In this document: positions 1 through 8,870 of the stretch, piece after piece
Layout of the letters: each line of letters starts with the position of its first letter
How positions within the stretch are numbered: the first letter of the stretch is position 1
DNA from: Gemmatimonadales bacterium
Lineage (GTDB): Bacteria; Gemmatimonadota; Gemmatimonadetes; Gemmatimonadales; GWC2-71-9
NCBI GenBank assembly: GCA_036558345.1
Contig: DATBFV010000125.1
Location: 10,848-74,847 of the forward strand
Reading direction: 5' to 3'
Length of the DNA stretch: 64,000 nucleotides
Position numbers and translations under genes: made by a program
Notes under the pieces: generated by a model
What the model saw: only the letters and a program-made list of their open reading frames with translations
The model's database searches: none
What the model was told of the DNA's origin: nothing

Positions 1-1229
1 GTCGCGCCGCGCACGACGAGATGATGGGTCACGCCGTCCTGTGGTTGTTCGCGCGCCGCGTAGATCGGTGCGACAACCACCATGTCCGCCGCCGCGAGCG
101 CCTTGCCCAAAGCCTCACCGTGCAGCGCGGTGCGCGAGAACAGGTGCGGCTGAAACACGGCGATCACGCGCCGTCCCGGAAATGCCTGTCGCGCCGCCGC
201 GAGTGTTGCGGCCACCTCAGTCGGGTGATGCGCATAGTCGTCGACCACCGTGACCCCACCGGCTTCCCCCAGTCGCTCGAAGCGACGTCCCACGCCGCGA
301 AATTCCGACAGCGCGGCCGCGCCCGCTTCCACGTCCGCTCCCAACGCCAGCAACACCCCGAGTGCGGCAGCCGCGTTGCGCACGTTGTGCAATCCCGGCA
401 CCGCGAGCGTCAACTCGACCGTCTGCCCGCTCGGCAACGAGATGTTGGCGCGCGAGCCGCCCGGCTCGAGCCGCACCGCACGAATCCGCAGGTCCGCGCT
501 CGCGCCGTGCCCCACGCGCCACACGGGCACGTCGATTCTCAGGGCGACGCGATCCGCACCCGCATCGTCCGCGCCGATGATCACGCGCTGCGCGCGCGAC
601 GCAAAATCGGCGAACGCATCCTCGAGCGCTTCCATCGAGCCGTAGCACTCGAGGTGATCGGCCTCGACGTTGTTCACTACCGCAACAGTCGGCCGGAGCG
701 ACAGAAACGACCTGTCGTACTCATCCGCCTCGACGACGTACAGCGCGTCGCCGCCGATGTGCGCGTTGCCGCCCCATGCAGCGACACGGCCGCCGGCGAG
801 CCCGGTGGGGTTTCGCCCGGCGGCCGTGAGGGCCTCCGTCACCATGACCGTAGTGGTCGTCTTGCCGTGTGTACCGGCGACCGCTACGACCCCCTCCCTA
901 CCACCGGCAACCAGCTCCCCGAGGGCGTCGGCACGACGCACGATGGGCAGGCCCAGTGCACGCGCCTTGTCCAGCTCGGGATGGTCGCGCGGCACGGCAG
1001 CCGTAACTACAACAGCCCGAGCCCCTTCCAAATGGCTCGGATCGTGGCCCTGCCAAACACGCACTCCCAGGGCGGTCAGGTCGTTGGCCCCGCCTCCGGA
1101 AGTGTCGGAATCACAGCCAGTTATGGCGACTCCCCGGTGCCTGGCAATCATCGCCAAGGCGCTCATCCCCGCCCCGGCTATGCCCATGAAGTGGATGGGT
1201 CGGGGATCCCCGGTTCGAAACAAGGTCAT
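1..1229 (-). CDS. murC: UDP-N-acetylmuramate--L-alanine ligase MurC (C-terminal end lies beyond the window start)
   Basis: Absent from the ORF track because there is no stop in the window. My reverse-strand translation from the ATG at 1229..1227 reads MTLFRTGDPRPIHFMGIAGAGMSALAMIARHRG...VAVAGTHGKTTTTVMVTE, showing the Mur-ligase N-terminal fold and GxxGKT P-loop. It follows murG as in dcw clusters. The + ORF 21..1277 is its antisense artefact. Confidence 0.85.
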   Translation of the reverse strand, partial: MTLFRTGDPRPIHFMGIAGAGMSALAMIARHRGVAITGCDSDTSGGGANDLTALGVRVWQGHDPSHLEGARAVVVTAAVPRDHPELDKARALGLPIVRRADALGELVAGGREGVVAVAGTHGKTTTTVMVTEALTAAGRNPTGLAGGRVAAWGGNAHIGGDALYVVEADEYDRSFLSLRPTVAVVNNVEADHLECYGSMEALEDAFADFASRAQRVIIGADDAGADRVALRIDVPVWRVGHGASADLRIRAVRLEPGGSRANISLPSGQTVELTLAVPGLHNVRNAAAALGVLLALGADVEAGAAALSEFRGVGRRFERLGEAGGVTVVDDYAHHPTEVAATLAAARQAFPGRRVIAVFQPHLFSRTALHGEALGKALAAADMVVVAPIYAAREQPQDGVTHHLVVRGA

Positions 1230-1253
1230 CTGTGGGCAGCTAATATAGGAAAT

Positions 1254-2339
1254 CTACGCAACTTGCGAAAGCTCTAGAACCTTGGCGACGATGGTTCGGG
1301 CAGCGTTCGGGTGCCCCCGGCCCCGGGCACTTCGGGCCATGGCACCCAGCCGCTCGTCGTCGTGGGCGAGCCCGACGACCGAGGTGGAGAAGGACTCCGG
1401 GGTGAATTCCCGCTCGAGCAGGAGCACGCTCGCGCCCGCGTCGGCCAGCGCGCGCGCGTTGAACACCTGATGATCCGCGGCTGCGGTTGGCAATGGAACC
1501 AGGACACTCGGTTTGCCCCACGCGCACAGCTCCGAGACGGTCATCGCGCCTGCGCGCGCGACGACGAGGTCCGCAGCCGCGTACGCGGCGCCGATCGGAT
1601 CGAAAAAGCCGCGTACCGCGATGCGACCCGGAATCGCGAGCGACGCGTACCGCTCGAGGTGCATCGTGCCGGTGCCCCACAACAGATTCACGTCGCCGAG
1701 CATCCGGCGTTGGATCGTGCGCGCCAGGCCCTCGTTGATCGCGCGCGCGCCCTGGCTGCCGCCGAAGACCAGTACGGTGCGACGCTCGGGGGTCAATCCG
1801 AACTCCGCGCGCGCGGCCGCAGCGTCGATCGGCTGCGGAGGCGTGATCGGATTGCCAACGACGAAAACTTGCGTGCGCTTTCCGGGGGACAGGAGCCGGC
1901 GCGCTTCCGGAAATCCCAGGTGCACCTGGTCCGCGCGACGCGCGAGCCAGCGCTGCGTGAGTCCCGGAAATGCGTTCTGCTCCTGCAGCGCGGTCGGAAT
2001 CCGCGCGTTCTGCGCGCGCCACACGACGGGCCCCGCCGCGTACCCGCCGGTACCGATGACGATCGCCGGCCGCTCCTCGCGCAACACCTCTCCCGCCGCA
2101 CGCCACGCGCGCACCGCAATCGCGGGCCAGCGCAGATTGCGCCACCACGCTCGGCGATAAATCGGTTCCATCGGCAACAGATGAAATCGGAACGGATGAT
2201 TGGGAAGAATCTGCGCTTCGATCCCGCGCGCCGCGCCGACCAGGACGACGTCGTGGCCGAGGTCTCGAGCGACACGCGCCAACGCCAGTGCTGGCATGAG
2301 GTGTCCGCCAGTACCACCGCCGGCGATGAGAATCTTCAT
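1254..2339 (-). CDS. murG: Lipid II glycosyltransferase MurG
   Basis: 361 aa. N-terminal MKILIAGGGTGGHLMPALALA G-loop, C-terminal GAMTVSELCAWGKPSVLVPLP. dcw context. Confidence 0.93.
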   Translation of the reverse strand: MKILIAGGGTGGHLMPALALARVARDLGHDVVLVGAARGIEAQILPNHPFRFHLLPMEPIYRRAWWRNLRWPAIAVRAWRAAGEVLREERPAIVIGTGGYAAGPVVWRAQNARIPTALQEQNAFPGLTQRWLARRADQVHLGFPEARRLLSPGKRTQVFVVGNPITPPQPIDAAAARAEFGLTPERRTVLVFGGSQGARAINEGLARTIQRRMLGDVNLLWGTGTMHLERYASLAIPGRIAVRGFFDPIGAAYAAADLVVARAGAMTVSELCAWGKPSVLVPLPTAAADHQVFNARALADAGASVLLLEREFTPESFSTSVVGLAHDDERLGAMARSARGRGHPNAARTIVAKVLELSQVA

Positions 2340-2340
2340 T

Positions 2341-2417
2341 GCGGATTGTCGATTGCGGATTGCGGATTCGATCCGTCAAGCGTCAAACCCGCAATCGTCA
2401 ATCCGCAATCCGCAATC
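2341..2417. repeat. Intergenic inverted repeat built from GATTGCG heptamers (ftsW-murG spacer)
   Basis: GATTGCGGATTGCGGATT (2351..2368) is the perfect reverse complement of AATCCGCAATCCGCAATC (2400..2417). An alternative pairing is 2341..2358 with 2390..2407, with 1 mismatch. Confidence 0.8.
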
Positions 2418-3591
2418 AACTCGGGACTCTCCTAGCCCGACCGACGCTCGCCAAAACGCCGGTCGCAGCCAGGGCAACGATGAGAGATGATCGGCCATAA
2501 GACATGAACGGTAGCGTCACACCAGTCGCGGGAATCACGGCGAGGCTCACACCGATGTGCAGCACCACGCTCAGCCCGATCATGACCGTGATGCCGGCCG
2601 CGAGAAGCTGCCCGAAGGGATCCGGCGCGTTGCGCGCAATGCGAAAGCCGAGCCACACGAACGTGCCGAACAGCAGCACGATCACCAGCACGCCCAGGAA
2701 GCCCCATTCCTCGCCGATCGTAGAAAAAATGAAATCGGAATAGGCGTACGTCAGGTAGCCGAGCTTCTGCTGGCCCTGCCCGAACCCCGTGCCGATGAGC
2801 TCGCCCGCGCCGATGCCGGTCACGGACTGCTGCACCTGCCACGTCGCCTCCGACGGCGCAGCCCCGGGATTCAGGAATGTGAGCACGCGCGCGAGACGAT
2901 ACTGTGCGGTCGCGACGGCCCCGAACAGCAGCGGACCCGCCGCGACGCCGAGCGCAAGAAAGTGCCCGATGCGCGCGCCCGCGGTGAAGAGCACACTGCC
3001 CGCGAGGATCATGACGAGGAGCGCCATCGAGAGGTGTGGCTCGAGGAAGATCAGTCCGATCAGCGGCGCGAGGACGACGAGGAACGGCAAGACACCACGT
3101 TTGAATTCCCGGAGCTGCGTGCCCTTCTTTGCCGCGAGCATCGCGCACCAAACGACCACCGACAACTTGGCGAGCTCGGATGGCTGCAGCGTCAAGACGC
3201 CAAGATTTACCCAGCGCCGCGCGCCGTTGATCGTCGGCGTGATGGGATGCGTGAAAGGCAGCAACGGGATCAACAGCAACAACACCGTGACGCCGAGCAG
3301 CGGCCATGCCCATTCGCGCCAGCGGTGGTAGTCGGTGCGCGCAAAGATGACGGCGAGCAACCCACCCACCGCCGCTCCCACGGCCTGGCGTAGTGCGAAG
3401 GTCGAGCCGACCTGGCCGCCCGTAGTGGTGACCAGGCTCGACGCGCCGTAGACAGCGGCCAGCCCGAACACGACGAGCACCGCGGTGACGACGGCGAGCA
3501 GCCGCCCTTCCCACGTTACCGTGCCTCGACTATGCGCCGGAATGTGGCCCCCCGCTCTTCGTAGTTTTTGAACATGTCGTAGCTCGAGCAC
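2416..3591 (-). CDS. ftsW: SEDS-family peptidoglycan polymerase / cell division protein FtsW
   Basis: 391 aa polytopic membrane protein with PSELAKL and TLPFMSYGRSSL SEDS motifs. The only canonical start upstream of TM1 is the GTG at 3591, which overlaps murD by 76 nt. Confidence 0.88.
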   Translation of the reverse strand: MLELRHVQKLRRAGGHIPAHSRGTVTWEGRLLAVVTAVLVVFGLAAVYGASSLVTTTGGQVGSTFALRQAVGAAVGGLLAVIFARTDYHRWREWAWPLLGVTVLLLLIPLLPFTHPITPTINGARRWVNLGVLTLQPSELAKLSVVVWCAMLAAKKGTQLREFKRGVLPFLVVLAPLIGLIFLEPHLSMALLVMILAGSVLFTAGARIGHFLALGVAAGPLLFGAVATAQYRLARVLTFLNPGAAPSEATWQVQQSVTGIGAGELIGTGFGQGQQKLGYLTYAYSDFIFSTIGEEWGFLGVLVIVLLFGTFVWLGFRIARNAPDPFGQLLAAGITVMIGLSVVLHIGVSLAVIPATGVTLPFMSYGRSSLIVALAATGVLASVGRARRVPS

Positions 3592-4901
3592 GCCGGTGAC
3601 AACAGCACCGCATCGCCCGGCTGCGCGGCCCGTGCCGCGCGCGCCATCACGTCTTCAAACGTCGTACCGCGCTCGAGCGGAACCTTCCCCCCGAGATCCT
3701 GCTCCACGAGCCGGCCGGCTTCGCCATAGGCAATCACCAGGCGGCACCGCGCGGCGAGCAGCGGCGCGAGACTCGTGTACGGCTCGCCCTTGTGGCGCCC
3801 GCCCAGGAGCAAAACGTATGGCCGCTGCATCGCGATCACGGCCACCGTCGTCGCGGCGATGTTGGTCGCCTTGGAATCGTTGATCCACAGTACCCCGTTC
3901 ACCTCGCGCACCGGCTCGAGACGGTGCGGCAGCGCCCGGAAGGAGCGCAGCCCCTTGGCGATCAGCCCCGCCGGAACGCCGGCTTCGCGCACTCCCAGCG
4001 CGGCCGCCAGCGCGTTCGCGACGTTATGATCGCCCAGGAGGTGCAGCTCGTCTCGCTTCAGCAACGTCTCTCCGCCCAGATGCAGGACGCGCTGGTTCGC
4101 GTCGTACCAGGCGTCCGCCGGCTTCAGCAGCGAAAAGTGCACGTGCCGGCCTGGGACACCACGCGCGAGGTCGAGGACGAGTTTGTCGTCACCGTTGAGG
4201 ACCCAGATGTCCTTGCCGCTCGCGTTGCGAAACAGCAGGCGCTTGTCGCCGTAATAGGCCTCCGCCGACGGATAGCGGTCCAGATGATCGGGCGCGAGGT
4301 TCGTCAGGATGCCGATTTCCGGCGCAAAGTTCGGACTGTCGTGCAGCTGGAACGACGAGACCTCGACACTGAGCCATTGATAGCGCTCGCCTGCCAGGGC
4401 GAGATCGGTCACCGGGCGGCCGATGTTGCCGGCAGTGGTGGACGGCAAGCCAGCGGCGCTGAGGAGATGCGCCACCAGCGCCGTAGTCGTCGTCTTACCG
4501 TTCGTTCCGGTGATGGCAATGCTACGAGTGCCGGGCTGGAGCGCGGCGAGCGCGCGGAATCCGAGGTCGAGCTCCGACACGATCTCCACGCCCGCGTGTC
4601 GAGCGGCGGTCAACACCGGCGCGTCCGGCGGCACACCCGGCGAAACGACGACGCCCGCCGCATGCCGAATCTTGGTGAGGTCGTGACGGCCGATTTCGAC
4701 GTCCACCGACGGCACGCTCTTCAAGGCTTCGGCGGCGGCGCCGGCGTACGGATGATCCGATGCGTCGCTGGCGTAGACCCGCACGCCTTCGCGCGCGAGC
4801 AGGCGCGCGGCTGCGACCCCGCTCTTGCCCAGGCCGATGATGGCGACCGTGCTGCCGGGCCGGCGCCAGGTGTCAGGAACGAGTCCCACCCGTTCCTTCA
4901 C
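3516..4901 (-). CDS. murD: UDP-N-acetylmuramoylalanine--D-glutamate ligase MurD
   Basis: AIIGLGKSGVAAARLL Rossmann segment and GTNGKTTTTALVAHLL P-loop. Start placed at the GTG 4901..4899, which overlaps the mraY TGA (GTGA). The track ORF start at 4985 would overlap mraY by 88 nt. Confidence 0.88.
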   Translation of the reverse strand: MKERVGLVPDTWRRPGSTVAIIGLGKSGVAAARLLAREGVRVYASDASDHPYAGAAAEALKSVPSVDVEIGRHDLTKIRHAAGVVVSPGVPPDAPVLTAARHAGVEIVSELDLGFRALAALQPGTRSIAITGTNGKTTTTALVAHLLSAAGLPSTTAGNIGRPVTDLALAGERYQWLSVEVSSFQLHDSPNFAPEIGILTNLAPDHLDRYPSAEAYYGDKRLLFRNASGKDIWVLNGDDKLVLDLARGVPGRHVHFSLLKPADAWYDANQRVLHLGGETLLKRDELHLLGDHNVANALAAALGVREAGVPAGLIAKGLRSFRALPHRLEPVREVNGVLWINDSKATNIAATTVAVIAMQRPYVLLLGGRHKGEPYTSLAPLLAARCRLVIAYGEAGRLVEQDLGGKVPLERGTTFEDVMARAARAAQPGDAVLLSPACSSYDMFKNYEERGATFRRIVEAR

Positions 4902-6019
4902 CGTACCTTGAGCGTCGCCAGAGCGATCATCGCGCTCAACACCCCCAGGATGTAAAACCGCATTACAACCTGTGGCTCGGTCCACCCAAGCTTCTCGAAG
5001 TGGTGATGGAGCGGTGCCATGCGAAACACCTTGTGAGCATCCGCATACTCTTTCCCGTACTTCTTCTTCCGGTACTTATACGTTGTGGTCTGAATCATCA
5101 CCGAGAGCGTCTCCGCGGCGAAGACCGCGCCGGCGATGAGGAGCAGGAATTCGGTTTTGAGCAGGATCGACACGGTACCGAGCGCGCCGCCGATCGCGAG
5201 GGCGCCGGTGTCACCCATGAACACCTGGGCGGGGTACGCGTTGAACCAGAGAAACCCGAGCGACGCACCCATCAGCGCGCCGCAAAAGATCGTCAGCTCC
5301 CCCGCCCCCGGCAGATGCAGGACGCCGAGATAGCGCGCGGCATCGACGCGACCGAAGAGATAACAGAAGATCGCAAACGCGCTCGCGGCGATGACGGTCA
5401 GTCCGGCCGCCAGACCATCGAGTCCGTCGGTCAAGTTCACCGCATTGGAGCTCGCCGTCGTCACGAACGTCACGAACGCGAGGTAGATCGGCCACGGCAG
5501 CACCCAGACGATGTACTTGAACAGCGGCAACTGCGTCGCGTACGGCGCGACGCTGGTGGTCAGCGGGAACAGCAGGATATACGCGCCGAGCGCCACGCCG
5601 AAGAACACTTGTCCGGCGAGCTTCCAGCGGGCGACAAGACCTTGCGACTGTCCGCGAACGATCTTCAGGTAGTCGTCGACAAACCCAATGAGTCCCATCC
5701 ACAGTGTCGCGACAACCGTGACCATCACGTAGCGGCTATCGAGCCGCGCCCAGAGCAGGGTCGGCACAACGGTGGCGAGCAGAATGATGAGGCCACCCAT
5801 CGTCGGCGTGCCGCGCTTGCCCTGATGACTCGCCGGGCCTTCGGCGCGCACGATCTGTCCGATGCGATGCTCGCGGAGCTGGCGAATGACCCAGGGGCCG
5901 GCGATAAAGGCCAGCAGCAGCGCCGTCACCGTCGCGCCCGCGGCGCGGAACGTGATGTAGTTGAAGAGATTGAAAAAAATGTGCTGGCGAGCGAGGGGCG
6001 CGAGCCAATGATAGAGCAT
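4898..6019 (-). CDS. mraY: Phospho-N-acetylmuramoyl-pentapeptide transferase MraY
   Basis: 373 aa multi-TM protein with NAVNLTDGLDGLA and MAPLHHHFE motifs. Confidence 0.95.
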   Translation of the reverse strand: MLYHWLAPLARQHIFFNLFNYITFRAAGATVTALLLAFIAGPWVIRQLREHRIGQIVRAEGPASHQGKRGTPTMGGLIILLATVVPTLLWARLDSRYVMVTVVATLWMGLIGFVDDYLKIVRGQSQGLVARWKLAGQVFFGVALGAYILLFPLTTSVAPYATQLPLFKYIVWVLPWPIYLAFVTFVTTASSNAVNLTDGLDGLAAGLTVIAASAFAIFCYLFGRVDAARYLGVLHLPGAGELTIFCGALMGASLGFLWFNAYPAQVFMGDTGALAIGGALGTVSILLKTEFLLLIAGAVFAAETLSVMIQTTTYKYRKKKYGKEYADAHKVFRMAPLHHHFEKLGWTEPQVVMRFYILGVLSAMIALATLKVR

Positions 6020-7395
6020 CAGGTCAGGTAGTTAAGGACACGTTCCAGGGCGACTCCGCGTGAAGCCTTGAGAAGCACCAACTCGTTCCCTCGTAGCGCG
6101 GACTTCAGCTTGGGACCGAGCGCCGCGGCATCTGCGGCGGTGATCAACCGCCCACCCAGCGCTTCGCGCAGTGATTCGAACGCGTGCGCGAATGTCCCCA
6201 CGGCGGCGACCAGCGCCGGCTTGCGCTGGGCGATATCGCGCGCCGCTTCGGCGTGCAATCTTGCACTTTCCGGTCCTAACTCCAACATCGTCCCCACCAC
6301 CACCACCAAGGGCCGCCGTTGCCGCTTCGCCAGCCAGGCGGCTGTTTGCACCGCCCGCCGCAGCGAAGCGGGATTGGCGTTGTAGGTATCGTCGATCACC
6401 AGCAAGTCGCCGATTTCCCTGACATCGCCGCGGCCTTCCGGCAGGCGCAGCCCCGCGAGCGCCCGCAGGGCCGCGTCGTGGTCCACACCGGCGCACTGTG
6501 CGACCGCCAGCGCGATCTGGGCATTCTCGAGCTGGTGAATGCCGAGCACCGGCAGCGTCACCTTCTCTCCGGAATCCAGCGCCAGTTGCGGGTGCCCGTC
6601 CTGGTCGAGGTAACGGTCGAGCAGCGCGTCATCGGTGCTCTTGCCCGGCAACGCCGCCGGGATCACCTGGGTCCGGCGGCGTGCTTCGGGCCACATGGCG
6701 TCCGGCCCGGAGCCGAGGACCGCGACGGGCGCCCGGTCGAGCAGAGACAGCTTTTCGGCCATCACGCCCTCCAGCGAGCCAAACCCCTCGACGTGCGCGT
6801 AGCCGATGTTGGTGATCACGGCGATCGTGGGTTCGATGATGTCCCGCATGCGGGCGATCTCACCGGGCACGCTCGCGCCGGCCTCCACGACCAGGGCCTG
6901 AGTGTCCTGCGGTGCGCTGAGAATCGTGAGCGGCACGCCGATCAGGTTGTTGAGGTTGGCCGACGTCGCGTGGACATGGTAACGCGCGCCGAGCGCCGCG
7001 CGGATCATCTCCTTGGTACTGGTCTTGCCACTCGAACCGGTGATGGCGACGACAGGCGTGCCCTCCGGAAGCATGCGACGCCGCGCCCGGGCGATCAGCC
7101 CGAGCGCGCTGAGTGTGTCATCGACTTCAAAGAACGGGAGTCCCGGCACCGGCGTGGTGCCACGTCGCACGACGGCGGCCGTGGCACCGCCGGCTTTCGC
7201 CTGGGCGAGGAAGTCGTGCGCGTCGAAGGTCGCCCCTTTCAGAGCGATGAAGAGGGTCTCGGGTCTCAGGTGTCTGGTGTCCGTGGAGATTGCGGCAAAA
7301 CTCAGTTTTGCAGGTGCCGGGACACCCAGCGCGGCGGCGATTTCGTCACTGGTCCATGACCGTCCGGCCGTCAGACCCTCCGTCCGGCCGGCCAT
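6019..7395 (-). CDS. murF: UDP-MurNAc-tripeptide--D-Ala-D-Ala ligase MurF
   Basis: 458 aa. ITGSSGKTSTKEM P-loop, Mur-ligase middle and C-terminal domains. 1-nt overlap with mraY. Confidence 0.9.
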   Translation of the reverse strand: MAGRTEGLTAGRSWTSDEIAAALGVPAPAKLSFAAISTDTRHLRPETLFIALKGATFDAHDFLAQAKAGGATAAVVRRGTTPVPGLPFFEVDDTLSALGLIARARRRMLPEGTPVVAITGSSGKTSTKEMIRAALGARYHVHATSANLNNLIGVPLTILSAPQDTQALVVEAGASVPGEIARMRDIIEPTIAVITNIGYAHVEGFGSLEGVMAEKLSLLDRAPVAVLGSGPDAMWPEARRRTQVIPAALPGKSTDDALLDRYLDQDGHPQLALDSGEKVTLPVLGIHQLENAQIALAVAQCAGVDHDAALRALAGLRLPEGRGDVREIGDLLVIDDTYNANPASLRRAVQTAAWLAKRQRRPLVVVVGTMLELGPESARLHAEAARDIAQRKPALVAAVGTFAHAFESLREALGGRLITAADAAALGPKLKSALRGNELVLLKASRGVALERVLNYLT

Positions 7396-8870
7396 CAGTT
7401 GGCTCCCAGGTTGCGCACCACTTCCCGTTCGTCGAACGGCTCCTTGATCGTCCCGACGACCTGGTAGGTCTCGTGACCCTTCCCCGCCAGGAGAATCGTG
7501 TCGCCTTCCCGCGCCAACTCGAGCGCCTGCCCAATTGCCGCCTTGCGATCCGTGATGCGGTAGTGCTGGCGTGCCGTCATGCCGGCCTCTACGTCGTCCA
7601 GAATCCGCTCCGGGTCCTCGGTGCGCGGATTATCCGACGTCGCGATGGCGATATCGGCGAGCCGTGCGGCGATCTCTCCCATGGGTGCGCGCTTGCCGCG
7701 GTCGCGGTCGCCGCCCGCGCCGAACACGACGATCACGCGCCCGCCCTTGCTCGTCACACCGCGGACCGTCTCGAGCGCGCGCTCCAGGGCGTCGGGGGTG
7801 TGGGCGTAGTCGCGCAACACGACGCACGGATCGGTCGCGATCCGCTCCATGCGACCCGGCACCTGTGGCGCCGTCGCCAGCCGCTCGGCGATGGTGTGCG
7901 TCGGCAGCTCCAGGCCAACCGCGCAGGCAGCGACGCCGAGCGCATTGGCGACATTGAATTGGCCGAGCAGCGGCAGCTTCACCGGTTCGCTGCCCTGCGC
8001 CGTCACCAGCGTGAATCGCGCGCCCCGCGCATCGACGTGCACATCGCGCGCAGTGACGTCGGCAGGATGTGCCGTCGCGGAGAAGGTGATGCGCCGCGGC
8101 GCCGGCGGCAGCCGGGCCCAGGCGGCATCGTCGGCATTGATCACTGCTAATCCTGCATCGGCGAGATGGCCGACGAGCTTCGCCTTGGCGGCGAAGTAGG
8201 CGTCGAAGGTCTGATGGTAATCGAGATGATCGCGGGTCAGGTTCGTAAATATCGCCGCCCGAAACAGCAACCCCTCCACGCGCCCCTGATCGAGACTGTG
8301 CGAGGAGACTTCCATCGCGACGCCGCGCGCGCCGCGCTCCACCATCGCGGCGAGCGTCGCCTGCAGGTCGATGGGGCCGGGGGTGGTGAGGTTTCCGGCT
8401 TCACTGACGACCGGAGCGCCGTTCGGATCGAATGCGCCGAGCGTGCCGATCGCGCCCATGGGCCAAAGCGCACCGAGCACGTGCTGGGCCAGGATGACGG
8501 ATGTCGTCTTTCCATTCGTTCCCGTCACGCCGATCATCTGCAACCGGGCAGCGGGACGGCGGTACCACGCCTCGGCCGCGATCGCCGCGGCCCGGCGGCC
8601 ATTGCGCACGAGAATCTGAGGAATCGCAACGGGCTGACGAGACTCGACCAGCGCCGCAGCCGCGCCGCGCGTCGCCGCGTCCGCAACAAAGGTGTGCCCG
8701 TCGAGAACCGCCCCGCGGACCGCGCAAAACAGCATGCCGGGCGCGACACGCCGAGCATCCACCGTGAGACCGGTGATCTCCGGCCGCGGCGGCTGCCGCG
8801 GATCGGGCGCATCGATCAGGACGCCGGCGCGCGACAGCGCGTCGACGACTTCCTGGAGCGGTCGGCTCAC
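7395..8870 (-). CDS. murE: UDP-MurNAc-L-Ala-D-Glu--2,6-diaminopimelate ligase MurE
   Basis: 491 aa. GVTGTNGKTT P-loop and SDNPRTEDP (DNPR) motif. Confidence 0.9.
   Translation of the reverse strand: MSRPLQEVVDALSRAGVLIDAPDPRQPPRPEITGLTVDARRVAPGMLFCAVRGAVLDGHTFVADAATRGAAAALVESRQPVAIPQILVRNGRRAAAIAAEAWYRRPAARLQMIGVTGTNGKTTSVILAQHVLGALWPMGAIGTLGAFDPNGAPVVSEAGNLTTPGPIDLQATLAAMVERGARGVAMEVSSHSLDQGRVEGLLFRAAIFTNLTRDHLDYHQTFDAYFAAKAKLVGHLADAGLAVINADDAAWARLPPAPRRITFSATAHPADVTARDVHVDARGARFTLVTAQGSEPVKLPLLGQFNVANALGVAACAVGLELPTHTIAERLATAPQVPGRMERIATDPCVVLRDYAHTPDALERALETVRGVTSKGGRVIVVFGAGGDRDRGKRAPMGEIAARLADIAIATSDNPRTEDPERILDDVEAGMTARQHYRITDRKAAIGQALELAREGDTILLAGKGHETYQVVGTIKEPFDEREVVRNLGAN

Noticed and set aside
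2341-2417. Heptamer repeat region as a CRISPR array or minisatellite
   Set aside because: It has only two arms of 2-3 heptamers in inverted orientation, with no spacer-repeat periodicity of CRISPR size and no cas genes.
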